Source of the DNA: a virus
Taxonomy: Duplodnaviria > Heunggongvirae > Uroviricota > Caudoviricetes
Length of the DNA stretch: 9,596 bases
IMG/VR virus record: IMGVR_UViG_2706794686_000013
Direction: 5' to 3' (one strand)
A program made the translations under genes and the position numbers. Positions 1 to 7,420 of this stretch are shown here, piece by piece. The notes below the pieces were generated by a model. That model was not told the DNA's origin. It did no database searches and saw only the letters and a program-made list of their open reading frames with translations. How positions within the stretch are numbered: the first letter of the stretch is position 1; each line of letters opens with the position of its first letter.

Positions 1-90
1 GAACAGGAGGGACAGCTGATAGAAACAGAAGCCACTGGAGCACCTCAAAAACACCATCATACACTAAATCAGTAAGTTGGCAGCATCACC
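1..90 (-). mobile_element. IS1 insertion sequence, terminal 90 bp (IRL end); element body continues beyond the window start
   Basis: Reverse complement of 1..90 reads ggtgatgctgccaacttactgatttagtgtatgatggtgtttttgaggtgctccagtggcttctgtttctatcagctgtccctcctgttc, which I recognise as the left end of IS1 (same end that abuts cat in Tn9). The InsA start (GTG gct tct gtt tct atc agc tgt ccc) lies at about 33..35 on the minus strand, reading out of the window. Match is from memory of IS1, not a database search. Confidence 0.9.
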
Positions 91-242
91 CCGCCACAGA
101 ACAATTATTGCTTTTGCCGTTGATGACAATAAAGTTTTTATCGCAGGCGTATACCACGGTGGGCAAATCTATGAAACCGATTTTTTATCCAGTGCACCGT
201 AAAACCCCCATCCTTCAGGGCGTGGCGGATATCAAACTTTGG

Positions 243-1325
243 TCATTTTCTCTGGCTGATCTTTACCGGATAACCATCCCGAAGATCAATTAAGTGCTCC
301 GGTTCAGAAGCAAACCATGCATAAGATCCCCACGCCAATTCTGGTATTGCCTTTTTAAAAGGCAGAGCACTTCTGTCCATAAATGCCGTAAGGAATGCAA
401 GATTTTTCTCGCTGAACCCAGCGTCAATAGCCAAATGAGTGAGAGTAACTTTTCGTTCCCTGTTTATAGGCCCATCTGTCGCAACTACTTCAGTGAAAAC
501 TACAAGCATGTCCGAACCCGTTCGGTCCTCTCCCAAATCAATCAAAATAATATCTGGAAGTGCTTTTGAGGCATCAATATTCAGCCCCAATGCTTTTGCC
601 AATACATCATCCTGAGCAACAACTTTATTCCCGGATTCAGACAACCAGAGCACAGTTGGATTCTTAAGAAAATTAGGAGCAAAAACTTCGATGACGGCCT
701 TAGCTATTGTACTTGACGGGCCCGGAGCTAAAGTTCTCTTCTCTCCATTTGGGAAAGTGACGACTACGGCATCAGCAGCAATCACTGCCCCTGATTTCAA
801 TAAACGCAACCTAGCAAGAGCGGCTTTGTTCAAATGATTTTCTTGCCAGGAACTTATTGCACTCAGCAGCGAATCTCCTTCAAGCCCGGCATCAAAGAGT
901 GCTGCAAAAGAGCGATTCAAACTGTAACGAGGACGAGAGGATGTGGTGGGTATACCTTTACGCTCAACAATTGCATTGCAAGGTATTAGGCCATTTTTTA
1001 TAGTTTCATCACGTATTGGCTCACGCGTATTTTCCGCATACCATGCATCAGCAGGCCTTATCTTTTGTTTAGAGAAAGTCATCTTTACCCAGCTTTCTCT
1101 GGACGCATCATCAGTAAGAGCAGCCTGCGAATCTCCCATACTTACAACCTGGCTGGGCCTTATCCATCGCCCCAGCCCCTCAACCGCACCAGCATAAAAC
1201 ATGACAAAAATTGTTTTTGCAGCTATTTCCCGAATTAAATATCCACGATTCTCAGTCCCTTCAGGGAAAATTAATTGTAATCTTTCCCGGATAACATTCA
1301 ATGGGGGAACAACAGGCAGATTCAT
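243..1325 (-). CDS. Putative restriction endonuclease partner of the adjacent methyltransferase (type II R-M R subunit, inferred from context)
   Basis: 360-aa ORF whose ATG overlaps the stop of the upstream methyltransferase by 4 nt (ATGA at 1322..1325), so translationally coupled. GGAG lies about 10 nt upstream of the ATG. No catalytic motif confidently identified by eye (possible hhhExK-like strand at NAIVERK); assignment is by genomic context and size only. Confidence 0.45.
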   Translation of the reverse strand: MNLPVVPPLNVIRERLQLIFPEGTENRGYLIREIAAKTIFVMFYAGAVEGLGRWIRPSQVVSMGDSQAALTDDASRESWVKMTFSKQKIRPADAWYAENTREPIRDETIKNGLIPCNAIVERKGIPTTSSRPRYSLNRSFAALFDAGLEGDSLLSAISSWQENHLNKAALARLRLLKSGAVIAADAVVVTFPNGEKRTLAPGPSSTIAKAVIEVFAPNFLKNPTVLWLSESGNKVVAQDDVLAKALGLNIDASKALPDIILIDLGEDRTGSDMLVVFTEVVATDGPINRERKVTLTHLAIDAGFSEKNLAFLTAFMDRSALPFKKAIPELAWGSYAWFASEPEHLIDLRDGYPVKISQRK

Positions 1326-3154
1326 GCAATCATCACTCCATAGAAACCAGCGATAGTTCTCTCAATAATCCGTCTGTGGACGCCAGCATCAATTAACGAT
1401 TGAATCTCCATCACCTGCTCCAGAGAAGGCAACGGGATTGAATTCAATTCATAGGCCGAAACAGCAACACTTCCGCTTATACACCTGAACGCCCGATCGA
1501 CAACATGCGAATTAAGTAGCATATCAATAACATCAGGGCGAACCGCAGAGAACAATCCGTTTGAATATACAATATTAATATGGTTTTCAACTACTACGCC
1601 ACCAGTTTCATCTATAAATCCCTGAGGTAAAATTGCCGCTAAAATCCTTCTGTCCTGTTCCTTCGATGTTGTCCGCTGAACAAGCACACATTCAGATTTT
1701 GTCACAAGGAAACCCTGTTGTGGGGTTATATCGATATAGGGAACATGATTTTTTCTGTCTGCACTAAAACGAAAACCAGCTGAAGTTATTGATTCCGCCC
1801 AGACTAATGGGTAGCTATTTTTTCCTTTCGTCGTACGCAACTGCGACTTAAATCGATTCCAGACTAACTGACCTGTAGAGACTGAGTATCCCAGATCAGC
1901 TAAACGCGTAGACATCTGTTTTAATACATTAAGAAAACAGGCATCATCTTTAACGCGTGGCAAAAGCCACGTTGCTCCACCTTTTTCTATATCAACATTA
2001 CCTATTTTCTCAATTTTTGCTTTGTTCAACCCCTTAGGGACAAGTGAGGATACCTGGGCCCGAACTTTATGTTCTCCCGCCTTGAATGCTGTCAACATTG
2101 TTTCCTGGAGAACATCGTCAAAGACCCCATCCCTGTCAGTGACGAAATCAAGGGCATACGGAGTAGTTTTTTCGGTCAAAAGGGTTCGCAGCGCGGTGAA
2201 ATACTGCCCACCAAGAAAAGAAGTTGGCGTAAGAAATGCAATAACTCCTGTTTTCTCTTTAACCATGCGAACAGCTAAGTCGGTGAACAATCCATATAGA
2301 TTTGCATGACCAAATAACGAACGAGAATATTTTTCTCTCGTTTTAATATCGAGAGTGACACGTCCGTAAGGCGGATTCCCTACCACAAGATCATAACCAG
2401 AAAATTTATCTTGCTGAAGCGCATCAGCAACAATAATTGTATCTTCAGGCAATCTACGTTTTACCTTTACACATAGTGGCATTAGTACAGATTCGAGCAA
2501 TACCAAACTCATCCAAGCCGCAAATGGATCGATCTCTATCCCCTTTAAACGACGACTGATTCTCCTCAACATCCATTCAGGGGAAGACCCCTTGTCTTTT
2601 TTTAACATTCGAATGGCTACTGGTGCCAAAAATGCACCGCCACCACACGCAGGATCAATAACCGATGCATGAGAAAAATCAACACCAGACTTTTCAGCCA
2701 GGTCCAAGAGACGCGCTACCAAAGGTGGGGGGGTATAGTAAGCCCCCAATTCCGAACGGTAAGCGGATGGCAGCATTACCGTATAAATTGACCCAATCAG
2801 ATATCCAGCGTCCTCCGCCGGAAATTGAGCAATAAGCTCACCTGTTCGTTCAGCGAGCTCGCGTGCATCACATGGAATGTCTTCTATGTAAACAGTGTGC
2901 GGTACTGCCCTCATTTTAATGCTGCTTTTTTGCTTTTTTGCAAGGGTATCCCAATATGCAGCTACGATGCTGAAGCAGTATGAGCGGGCATGCATCAACC
3001 TTGACTGCCCGGTTTTGTAATTGCCCGCATAACCTTTGGCCATGGCTTTACAAGTTTGATATCTTTCCAGATTAGAAAACTCATTATCTGTAAAAAAATC
3101 AAAATGTTGCACATTCATAATGTAAAATCCTAATGTATCAAACATGCGGGCCAT
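1322..3154 (-). CDS. N6-adenine-specific DNA methyltransferase, gamma-class motif order
   Basis: 610-aa ORF with AdoMet-binding motif I (IDPACGGGAFL) followed by catalytic motif IV (VVGNPPYG) and a motif X-like GAYYTPP upstream, then about 330 aa C-terminal to NPPY consistent with a target recognition domain. Start is ambiguous between ATG 3154, ATG 3145 and ATG about 3118 (the last has AGGA upstream). Confidence 0.85.
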   Translation of the reverse strand: MARMFDTLGFYIMNVQHFDFFTDNEFSNLERYQTCKAMAKGYAGNYKTGQSRLMHARSYCFSIVAAYWDTLAKKQKSSIKMRAVPHTVYIEDIPCDARELAERTGELIAQFPAEDAGYLIGSIYTVMLPSAYRSELGAYYTPPPLVARLLDLAEKSGVDFSHASVIDPACGGGAFLAPVAIRMLKKDKGSSPEWMLRRISRRLKGIEIDPFAAWMSLVLLESVLMPLCVKVKRRLPEDTIIVADALQQDKFSGYDLVVGNPPYGRVTLDIKTREKYSRSLFGHANLYGLFTDLAVRMVKEKTGVIAFLTPTSFLGGQYFTALRTLLTEKTTPYALDFVTDRDGVFDDVLQETMLTAFKAGEHKVRAQVSSLVPKGLNKAKIEKIGNVDIEKGGATWLLPRVKDDACFLNVLKQMSTRLADLGYSVSTGQLVWNRFKSQLRTTKGKNSYPLVWAESITSAGFRFSADRKNHVPYIDITPQQGFLVTKSECVLVQRTTSKEQDRRILAAILPQGFIDETGGVVVENHINIVYSNGLFSAVRPDVIDMLLNSHVVDRAFRCISGSVAVSAYELNSIPLPSLEQVMEIQSLIDAGVHRRIIERTIAGFYGVMIA

Positions 3155-3368
3155 AACATCTCATGGTGGCGCATAGCAAACTGGCCCGAAGAATATCACG
3201 CACCAAGTCGATCTCATAACCCGTTATGACAATAAATCTTTGTAGCTGAACTCACTTGGTGATTTGTCAATCATTCCTGGCCTCCAGTTCGTCCTGAATC
3301 TCTTTATCGAGTTCACCGTATTTGTTAGTCCTCATCACTCACGACTTGACTTCCAGAAATAACCTTGA

Positions 3369-3725
3369 TTATTCGGGGCTATATTTTGTCACCCTGCGTA
3401 TCCGCGCTTTCGCATTACGCTCAATCTGGATTAGCTTTTCTATATTTTTTCGCCTTTCCCGCTCCTCCTGGCGCAAGAGCCTTACATCATCTGCCAGTCT
3501 GGTTTCTCTTTTCGCCACAGAGAGCATCCAGTCAAATGGCTCCACAACTGCACCGCAAATTTTACAGCGGACCTGACGCTCTTTTTCGTCAACCCGGACA
3601 GAAGCGTGATGGCAATATGGTCTTTCCGATGGCTCATAAAGAAAATTAACCTGATTACGAGGGTTATCCTCTTTTACCGGAAATAAAACAATATTGCTTA
3701 ACTCATCTTCTGGTTTTATTTCCAT
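3369..3725 (-). CDS. Hypothetical prophage protein; possible Cys/His zinc-ribbon followed by a basic coiled-coil tail
   Basis: Track ORF 3369..3782 begins at a GTG; an in-frame ATG at 3723..3725 (MEIKPEDEL...) has a strong SD (aggagaggag) 5-8 nt upstream and is preferred. Contains CHH...x14...CKIC and an Arg/Glu-rich C-terminus (RLLRQEERERRKNIEKLIQIERNAKARIRR). Same strand and tight packing with neighbouring genes. Confidence 0.5.
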   Translation of the reverse strand: MEIKPEDELSNIVLFPVKEDNPRNQVNFLYEPSERPYCHHASVRVDEKERQVRCKICGAVVEPFDWMLSVAKRETRLADDVRLLRQEERERRKNIEKLIQIERNAKARIRRVTKYSPE

Positions 3726-3782
3726 GCTCCTCTCCTTTGATGCGAATGCCAGCGGTAATTGAAGCCTGATAGCTAATTTCAC

Positions 3783-4205
3783 TCACAGTACCGCCTCCTG
3801 AAAATCACCCTGATAGAAAGCCGGTACACGCTGCATAACTTCACTCTTCCGGCACTCGCGACAGATTATGTTCTGATGTCTGTCGTAGCGGCGTATTTCT
3901 CCGTCCGGTAATGACCAGATAAGGTCCGGATCAACCACAGATGGTTTCTTCAGCTTTGCCCTCGAGAGTTTTTTGCGGGCGTTTTGCCAGTCCTTACGAG
4001 CCTGTTCAGACGGGAATAACCCGTAGCCAGAGTTGTATACATCCCCACTGGCAACCAGCTCTCTGGCGAGAACGCTTATTAAATATCTTGTCGCCCCGGT
4101 TTTAGCTTCCAGTTGTCGTAACGTCTCGCGCCCACTCTGGCGTACGAGTTCAACAACCTGCCCCTTAATTTTTTCCCGCTCTTCCTGTGTAAATACTTTT
4201 GCCAT
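3783..4205 (-). CDS. Hypothetical prophage protein (CxxC-containing)
   Basis: Track ORF 3783..4220 starts at TTG; the in-frame ATG at 4203..4205 (MAKVFTQEERE...) with a GGGGG run about 6 nt upstream is preferred. 15-nt spacer from the upstream gene stop (4221..4223). Contains ICRECRK. No family recognised. Confidence 0.5.
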   Translation of the reverse strand: MAKVFTQEEREKIKGQVVELVRQSGRETLRQLEAKTGATRYLISVLARELVASGDVYNSGYGLFPSEQARKDWQNARKKLSRAKLKKPSVVDPDLIWSLPDGEIRRYDRHQNIICRECRKSEVMQRVPAFYQGDFQEAVL

Positions 4206-4220
4206 AAGCGCCCCCGGCAA

Positions 4221-4946
4221 TCACTTTTCCGACACAATACGACCGGAGGAATCGACAATCTGTCGAACAATATCCCGGTGCTTGTTCAGCTCCCGCAACG
4301 CGGCGCAGACACGCTCCCACTTCTGGACATGACTTTTCGCCCGACGCAGTTCGCGGTTTGCCATATGCAGCGATGGTAAAACCAGGTCATCCGCTTGCGT
4401 TTCGGTGAACGATGGCAACGACTGCACAATGTCCGCCACAGTTTCTGTTTTAATTTCTTCCTGTGTTGCAGCTTCCTGTACCGGTAACGCAACACCTGCT
4501 GGCTGAGGAAAGACTTTACCATCCGTTTCCGCTATGGATGCGGCTTTCGGCTCTGCCGGTAAATCAGCGCCCGGTATGCAGTACCGAAATTTACCGCCCT
4601 GATTCACGCGAATCAGACGCCCTTTGCTGATTGCCATGGCCAGCGATGAATTCGCCCGGCGGGAGGTAATCCCGAACATCAGTGCCAGCTCATCCGCCGT
4701 TTGTGGGCCATGTTGTTCAATCGCCTCAGTCAGCATTTGCGCTGTCACTTTCGGTACCGGTGACACTGGTTCACTTTCACCAGCCTGAATCAGCCACCAC
4801 ATCGAACCCTTGTTATCCGCTTCACCACGGCGCTTCAGTTTCCACAGTTCGTTGACCGCATCTTCACGGCTGATTCCAAGGCGGGACGCCACCACATGTG
4901 AAGAGGCTCTTTTCAGTGCTTTCAGTGCGTCAAATACAGTTTCCAT
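4221..4946 (-). CDS. Hypothetical prophage protein (acidic, Pro/Ala-rich central linker)
   Basis: Track ORF 4221..4964 starts at TTG; ATG at 4944..4946 ([12 protein letters not shown]...) with GGAGGA 8 nt upstream is preferred. Lies 21 nt downstream of the DnaC-like gene stop in the same operon. No family recognised with confidence. Confidence 0.55.
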   Translation of the reverse strand: METVFDALKALKRASSHVVASRLGISREDAVNELWKLKRRGEADNKGSMWWLIQAGESEPVSPVPKVTAQMLTEAIEQHGPQTADELALMFGITSRRANSSLAMAISKGRLIRVNQGGKFRYCIPGADLPAEPKAASIAETDGKVFPQPAGVALPVQEAATQEEIKTETVADIVQSLPSFTETQADDLVLPSLHMANRELRRAKSHVQKWERVCAALRELNKHRDIVRQIVDSSGRIVSEK

Positions 4947-4967
4947 TAAAACATCCTCCAACAAAAA

Positions 4968-5465
4968 TTACTTCACAACTCCCGGAAAGCTGACATTTGA
5001 ACGCCAGCTATCCCAGTTAAACGTCACCCACCGACAACCGTTCATGGTCATGCGGTCCATAATCCTCTCACCAAGAAGCGTGCTCATTGCGGCATGATTC
5101 AGGTTTGTTAACATCCCGACACTGCACAGTGATGCTGTCCGGCGATCAATTATCTGGTGCAATACCACCTGCTCGTTTTTCGTCTCCCGCTGAATGCCTA
5201 TTTCATCCAGGACCAGCAAATCAACCCCGCAAAGCTCCTGTAAAAATTTTTCACCGGATTTGCCGTTGTCGTAGCTGTCATGCAACACGCTCATGACATC
5301 AGACTCGGTGACGATAATCACGCTGCGCCCCTTCGCCATCAGCCGGTTACCCATCGCCGCTGCAAGGTGATTTTTCCCGGTGCCGGTTTTACCGCTGAAC
5401 ACAAAATTCGTGCACCCGGTCATCAGTTCGTCAGCTATGGATTTGGCCTGGCTCAGCGCGTATTT
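4968..5465 (-). CDS. DnaC-like helicase loader / phage replication protein P-analogue (AAA+ ATPase), 5' end lost in N-run
   Basis: Visible portion reads ...KYALSQAKSIADELMTGCTNFVFSGKTGTGKNHLAAAMGNRL..., with the Walker A SGKTGTGKNHLAAA that closely matches E. coli DnaC (SGKPGTGKNHLAAA), and a Walker B-like LLVLDEIG. The frame is open right up to the N-run at 5466, so the true start is inside the unresolved block. Confidence 0.85.
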   Translation of the reverse strand, partial: KYALSQAKSIADELMTGCTNFVFSGKTGTGKNHLAAAMGNRLMAKGRSVIIVTESDVMSVLHDSYDNGKSGEKFLQELCGVDLLVLDEIGIQRETKNEQVVLHQIIDRRTASLCSVGMLTNLNHAAMSTLLGERIMDRMTMNGCRWVTFNWDSWRSNVSFPGVVK

Positions 5466-5686
5466 NNNNNNNNNNNNNNNNNNNNNNNNNNNNNNNNNNN
5501 NNNNNNNNNNNNNNNNNNNNNNNNNNNNNNNNNNNNNNNNNNNNNNNNNNNNNNNNNNNNNNNNNNNNNNNNNNNNNNNNNNNNNNNNNNNNNNNNNNNN
5601 NNNNNNNNNNNNNNNNNNNNNNNNNNNNNNNNNNNNNNNNNNNNNNNNNNNNNNNNNNNNNNNNNNNNNNNNNNNNNNNNNNNNNN
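5466..5686. other. Unresolved/masked bases (221 N)
   Basis: Continuous run of n. Covers the 3' end of the O-like gene and the 5' end of the DnaC-like gene; ORF-track residues shown as X are not real. Confidence 1.
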
Positions 5687-6673
5687 TACCGGGAGCAACC
5701 AGGGGTTTTCAAAATTCCGGTCCGGCCCAAAAAACGTCGTCGCTCGCTGAACAAATTCCGTTCCCGCTTTCCCGGTCGCCGCCAGGTATCTCGCGTAACG
5801 CCTCACACCATCCAGCATGGTCTCTGGTGGCACCCCCTCGCGCAATCTGGCCTTCCAGGCACTGAATGCGGATTTCTTCGGGTTTGCCCCGGCACGCAAC
5901 GGGTATTCCCGCCAGACCTGTTCGAACACATCCGGATAATCCACTCGTCCCACAGGCTGCCCGGTGTTTTCCGGGGCTACCCGATCGGCTTCCCGCTGAA
6001 TGGCGGAATCGGCTTCAGGCTGCTGCAGTTGGAGTGATTGCTCCGGCCTTGCGGTCATCACCTGCTGCACAGCGCCCGAATCGGCTTTCAGCGCATACGC
6101 TGAATCGGCTTCCGGTGTCGAGCCTGCTGGCTGACCAGGATTGACGGTCTGAACATCCCCTGCCTGGTTCGTGGCGTTTTTTACGCCATGGACCATAGTG
6201 TTTTGATCTTCTTTATCTGTATCTTTATCTGTATCTGTCGTGACTCGTCGTGACATGTGCGTGACATTTCGTGACGCGCCGTGACAATCGCCATTTTGTT
6301 CCCGCTTTCTTTCCCTCTCTCGCTGCGCCCTCTTGCGCTCTGCAGGAGATTTTGCGGTTTGCGAAATATTGCCGTTGTCCTCTTTAAGCACCTGGCGTTT
6401 TTCCCATCCAGTGATTAAATCACCATCAAGTACCCGCCCCTGCATCGTCTGCAAAATTGAATCAATTACCTCTTCTGTCACGTCGAGCGCACTTGCCAAA
6501 TCTTCTGTCGTGACATCAATGTGACCTCGCGTGACATTTCGTGACGCGCTCACCAGGAGGTGGATATACACTGCCATCACTGTTGCAATTGGCTGCCCTG
6601 ACACCCTGGCAATTGTTCGCCACTTAGGGTCATTTGGCATGTCATGCCATAATCTGAGCCAGGCGTTAGCCAT
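5687..6673 (-). CDS. Phage replication initiation protein (lambda O-like role), 3' end lost in N-run
   Basis: ATG at 6671..6673 (MANAWLRLWHDMPNDPKWRTIARVSGQ...) with SD agaggtg upstream; the track start at 6679 is GTG. Sits immediately upstream of the DnaC-like gene and contains the iteron arrays within its coding sequence, as lambda O does. C-terminal region visible to 5687 (...FENPWLLPV) then runs into N. Confidence 0.6.
6211..6234 (+). repeat. Perfect 12-bp tandem duplication (ctttatctgtat x2) in an AT-rich stretch adjoining iteron array A
   Basis: 6211..6222 and 6223..6234 are identical; encodes the TDKDTDKD stretch of the initiator on the opposite strand. Confidence 0.8.
6240..6285. repeat. 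Iteron-like array A: five helically phased GTGAC(A) repeats
   Basis: GTGAC begins at 6240, 6250, 6261, 6271 and 6281 (spacing 10, 11, 10, 10 bp). Contains the 21-mer gcgtgacatttcgtgacgcgc at 6259..6279. Confidence 0.75.
6510..6549. repeat. Iteron-like array B: four helically phased GTGAC repeats plus one inverted copy upstream
   Basis: GTGAC begins at 6510, 6521, 6531 and 6541 (spacing 11, 10, 10 bp); inverted GTCAC at 6477..6481. The exact 21-mer gcgtgacatttcgtgacgcgc recurs at 6529..6549, 270 bp from the copy in array A. Confidence 0.75.
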
Positions 6674-6744
6674 ACTCACCTCTTCTGATACCGAATCTTT
6701 TTACTCACGAGTTGCCGGGAGCGATTCGATATGGCTATTGTCAG

Positions 6745-7170
6745 TCAATGTACTGCCACAGCATTTCCTGCCGGGCCACCACGGTTCATCTGATTGAAAC
6801 CGGCGATTGCCACTGCGACAAAATCATCAGCGTCTCTCACCAGTCGTTCATGCGTCTCCACCAGTTCCCGAAAATAAGCTGAACTGTGGCTGCGCATTCG
6901 AGCCACCAGCGGAGGTGGCATTGCCCTTTCGATCGCAGGTAACAACGCCTGAATTTTTTCAACAGCGTCAGGGGTGTCTTTATCCAGCCAACGGAAAATC
7001 TTTTGGGTGTTGAGATAAAGCGTGTTGTGCTTGCTGTCGTTATGCAGAACCGGAAACGTCATTCCCAGTTCGAAATAAACCCTGGTTATTTCAGCTGCCG
7101 GAACTTTTTCACCGTCCGGATGCGCCCAGGCTTTCATCGCCATGCGGATGTGTTCATGCTTGATTTTCAT
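6745..7170 (-). CDS. ydaT: YdaT-like protein (CII-like regulator position in a Rac-type immunity region)
   Basis: 141-aa ORF starting MKIKHEHIRMAMKAWAHPDGEK..., which I associate with the YdaT family of Rac-like prophages (recall, unverified). Sits between the cro-like gene and the replication initiator. Its ATG overlaps the cro-like stop (ATGA at 7167..7170); GGGGG SD upstream. Confidence 0.5.
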   Translation of the reverse strand: MKIKHEHIRMAMKAWAHPDGEKVPAAEITRVYFELGMTFPVLHNDSKHNTLYLNTQKIFRWLDKDTPDAVEKIQALLPAIERAMPPPLVARMRSHSSAYFRELVETHERLVRDADDFVAVAIAGFNQMNRGGPAGNAVAVH

Positions 7171-7420
7171 GAATCAACCCCCGCCGATGGTTGTGTGTTA
7201 GCCTGAAACTCAGCAGGCAAGCCGTCAGTTGGGTTGGGGTAGGTTTTACTGTCAATCTCATGTGGGGTCACCACCCATCCCGTTGCTTCACACCAACGTA
7301 ATATTTTTTCTCCTGTAAGTTTTGCACGCCCCGTTATAACGTGGCTGACCATCCCTTGGGATGCGCCAACAATCTCAGCAAATGAACTCTGGGTTATATG
7401 AAAATGATGCAAATATTCTC
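7167..7420 (-). CDS. Cro/YdaS-like HTH regulator, 5' end lost in N-run
   Basis: Visible C-terminal 83 aa: EYLHHFHITQSSFAEIVGASQGMVSHVITGRAKLTGEKILRWCEATGWVVTPHEIDSK... The helix-turn-helix (SSFAEIVGAS-QGMVSHV) is typical of Cro/XRE. No in-frame ATG before the N-run, so the start is in the masked block. First gene of the leftward operon. Confidence 0.6.

Noticed and set aside
108-569. Plus-strand ORFs 108..293 and 294..569
   Set aside because: The first spans the IS1 flank and the antisense 3' end of the endonuclease-like gene; the second is fully antisense to that gene. No SD and no recognisable product.
2022-2309. Plus-strand ORFs of 95 and 69 aa (2022..2309, 2069..2278) from the six-frame track
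   Set aside because: Entirely antisense to the methyltransferase gene, no SD, and low-complexity or unrecognisable products; treated as shadow ORFs.
3155-3368. Possible controller (C-protein) gene or sigma70 promoter upstream of the methyltransferase
   Set aside because: No ORF of suitable size with an HTH, and the TTGACA-like hexamer on the minus strand has no acceptable -10 at 16-18 bp spacing; left as unassigned spacer.
5280-5865. Track ORFs 5280..5750, 5380..5865 and 5431..5754 containing long runs of X
   Set aside because: They exist only because the N-run is translated as X; the flanking real residues are antisense to, or out of frame with, the DnaC-like and initiator genes.
6240-6549. 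Short regularly spaced repeats that could be mistaken for a CRISPR array
   Set aside because: Repeat units are about 10 bp with 10-11 bp periodicity, lie inside a protein-coding gene and lack CRISPR-sized repeats and spacers; they are iterons or coding repeats.
6807-7206. Plus-strand ORFs 6807..7013 and 7003..7206
   Set aside because: Antisense to the YdaT-like gene, with Cys/Pro-rich low-complexity products; no independent support.
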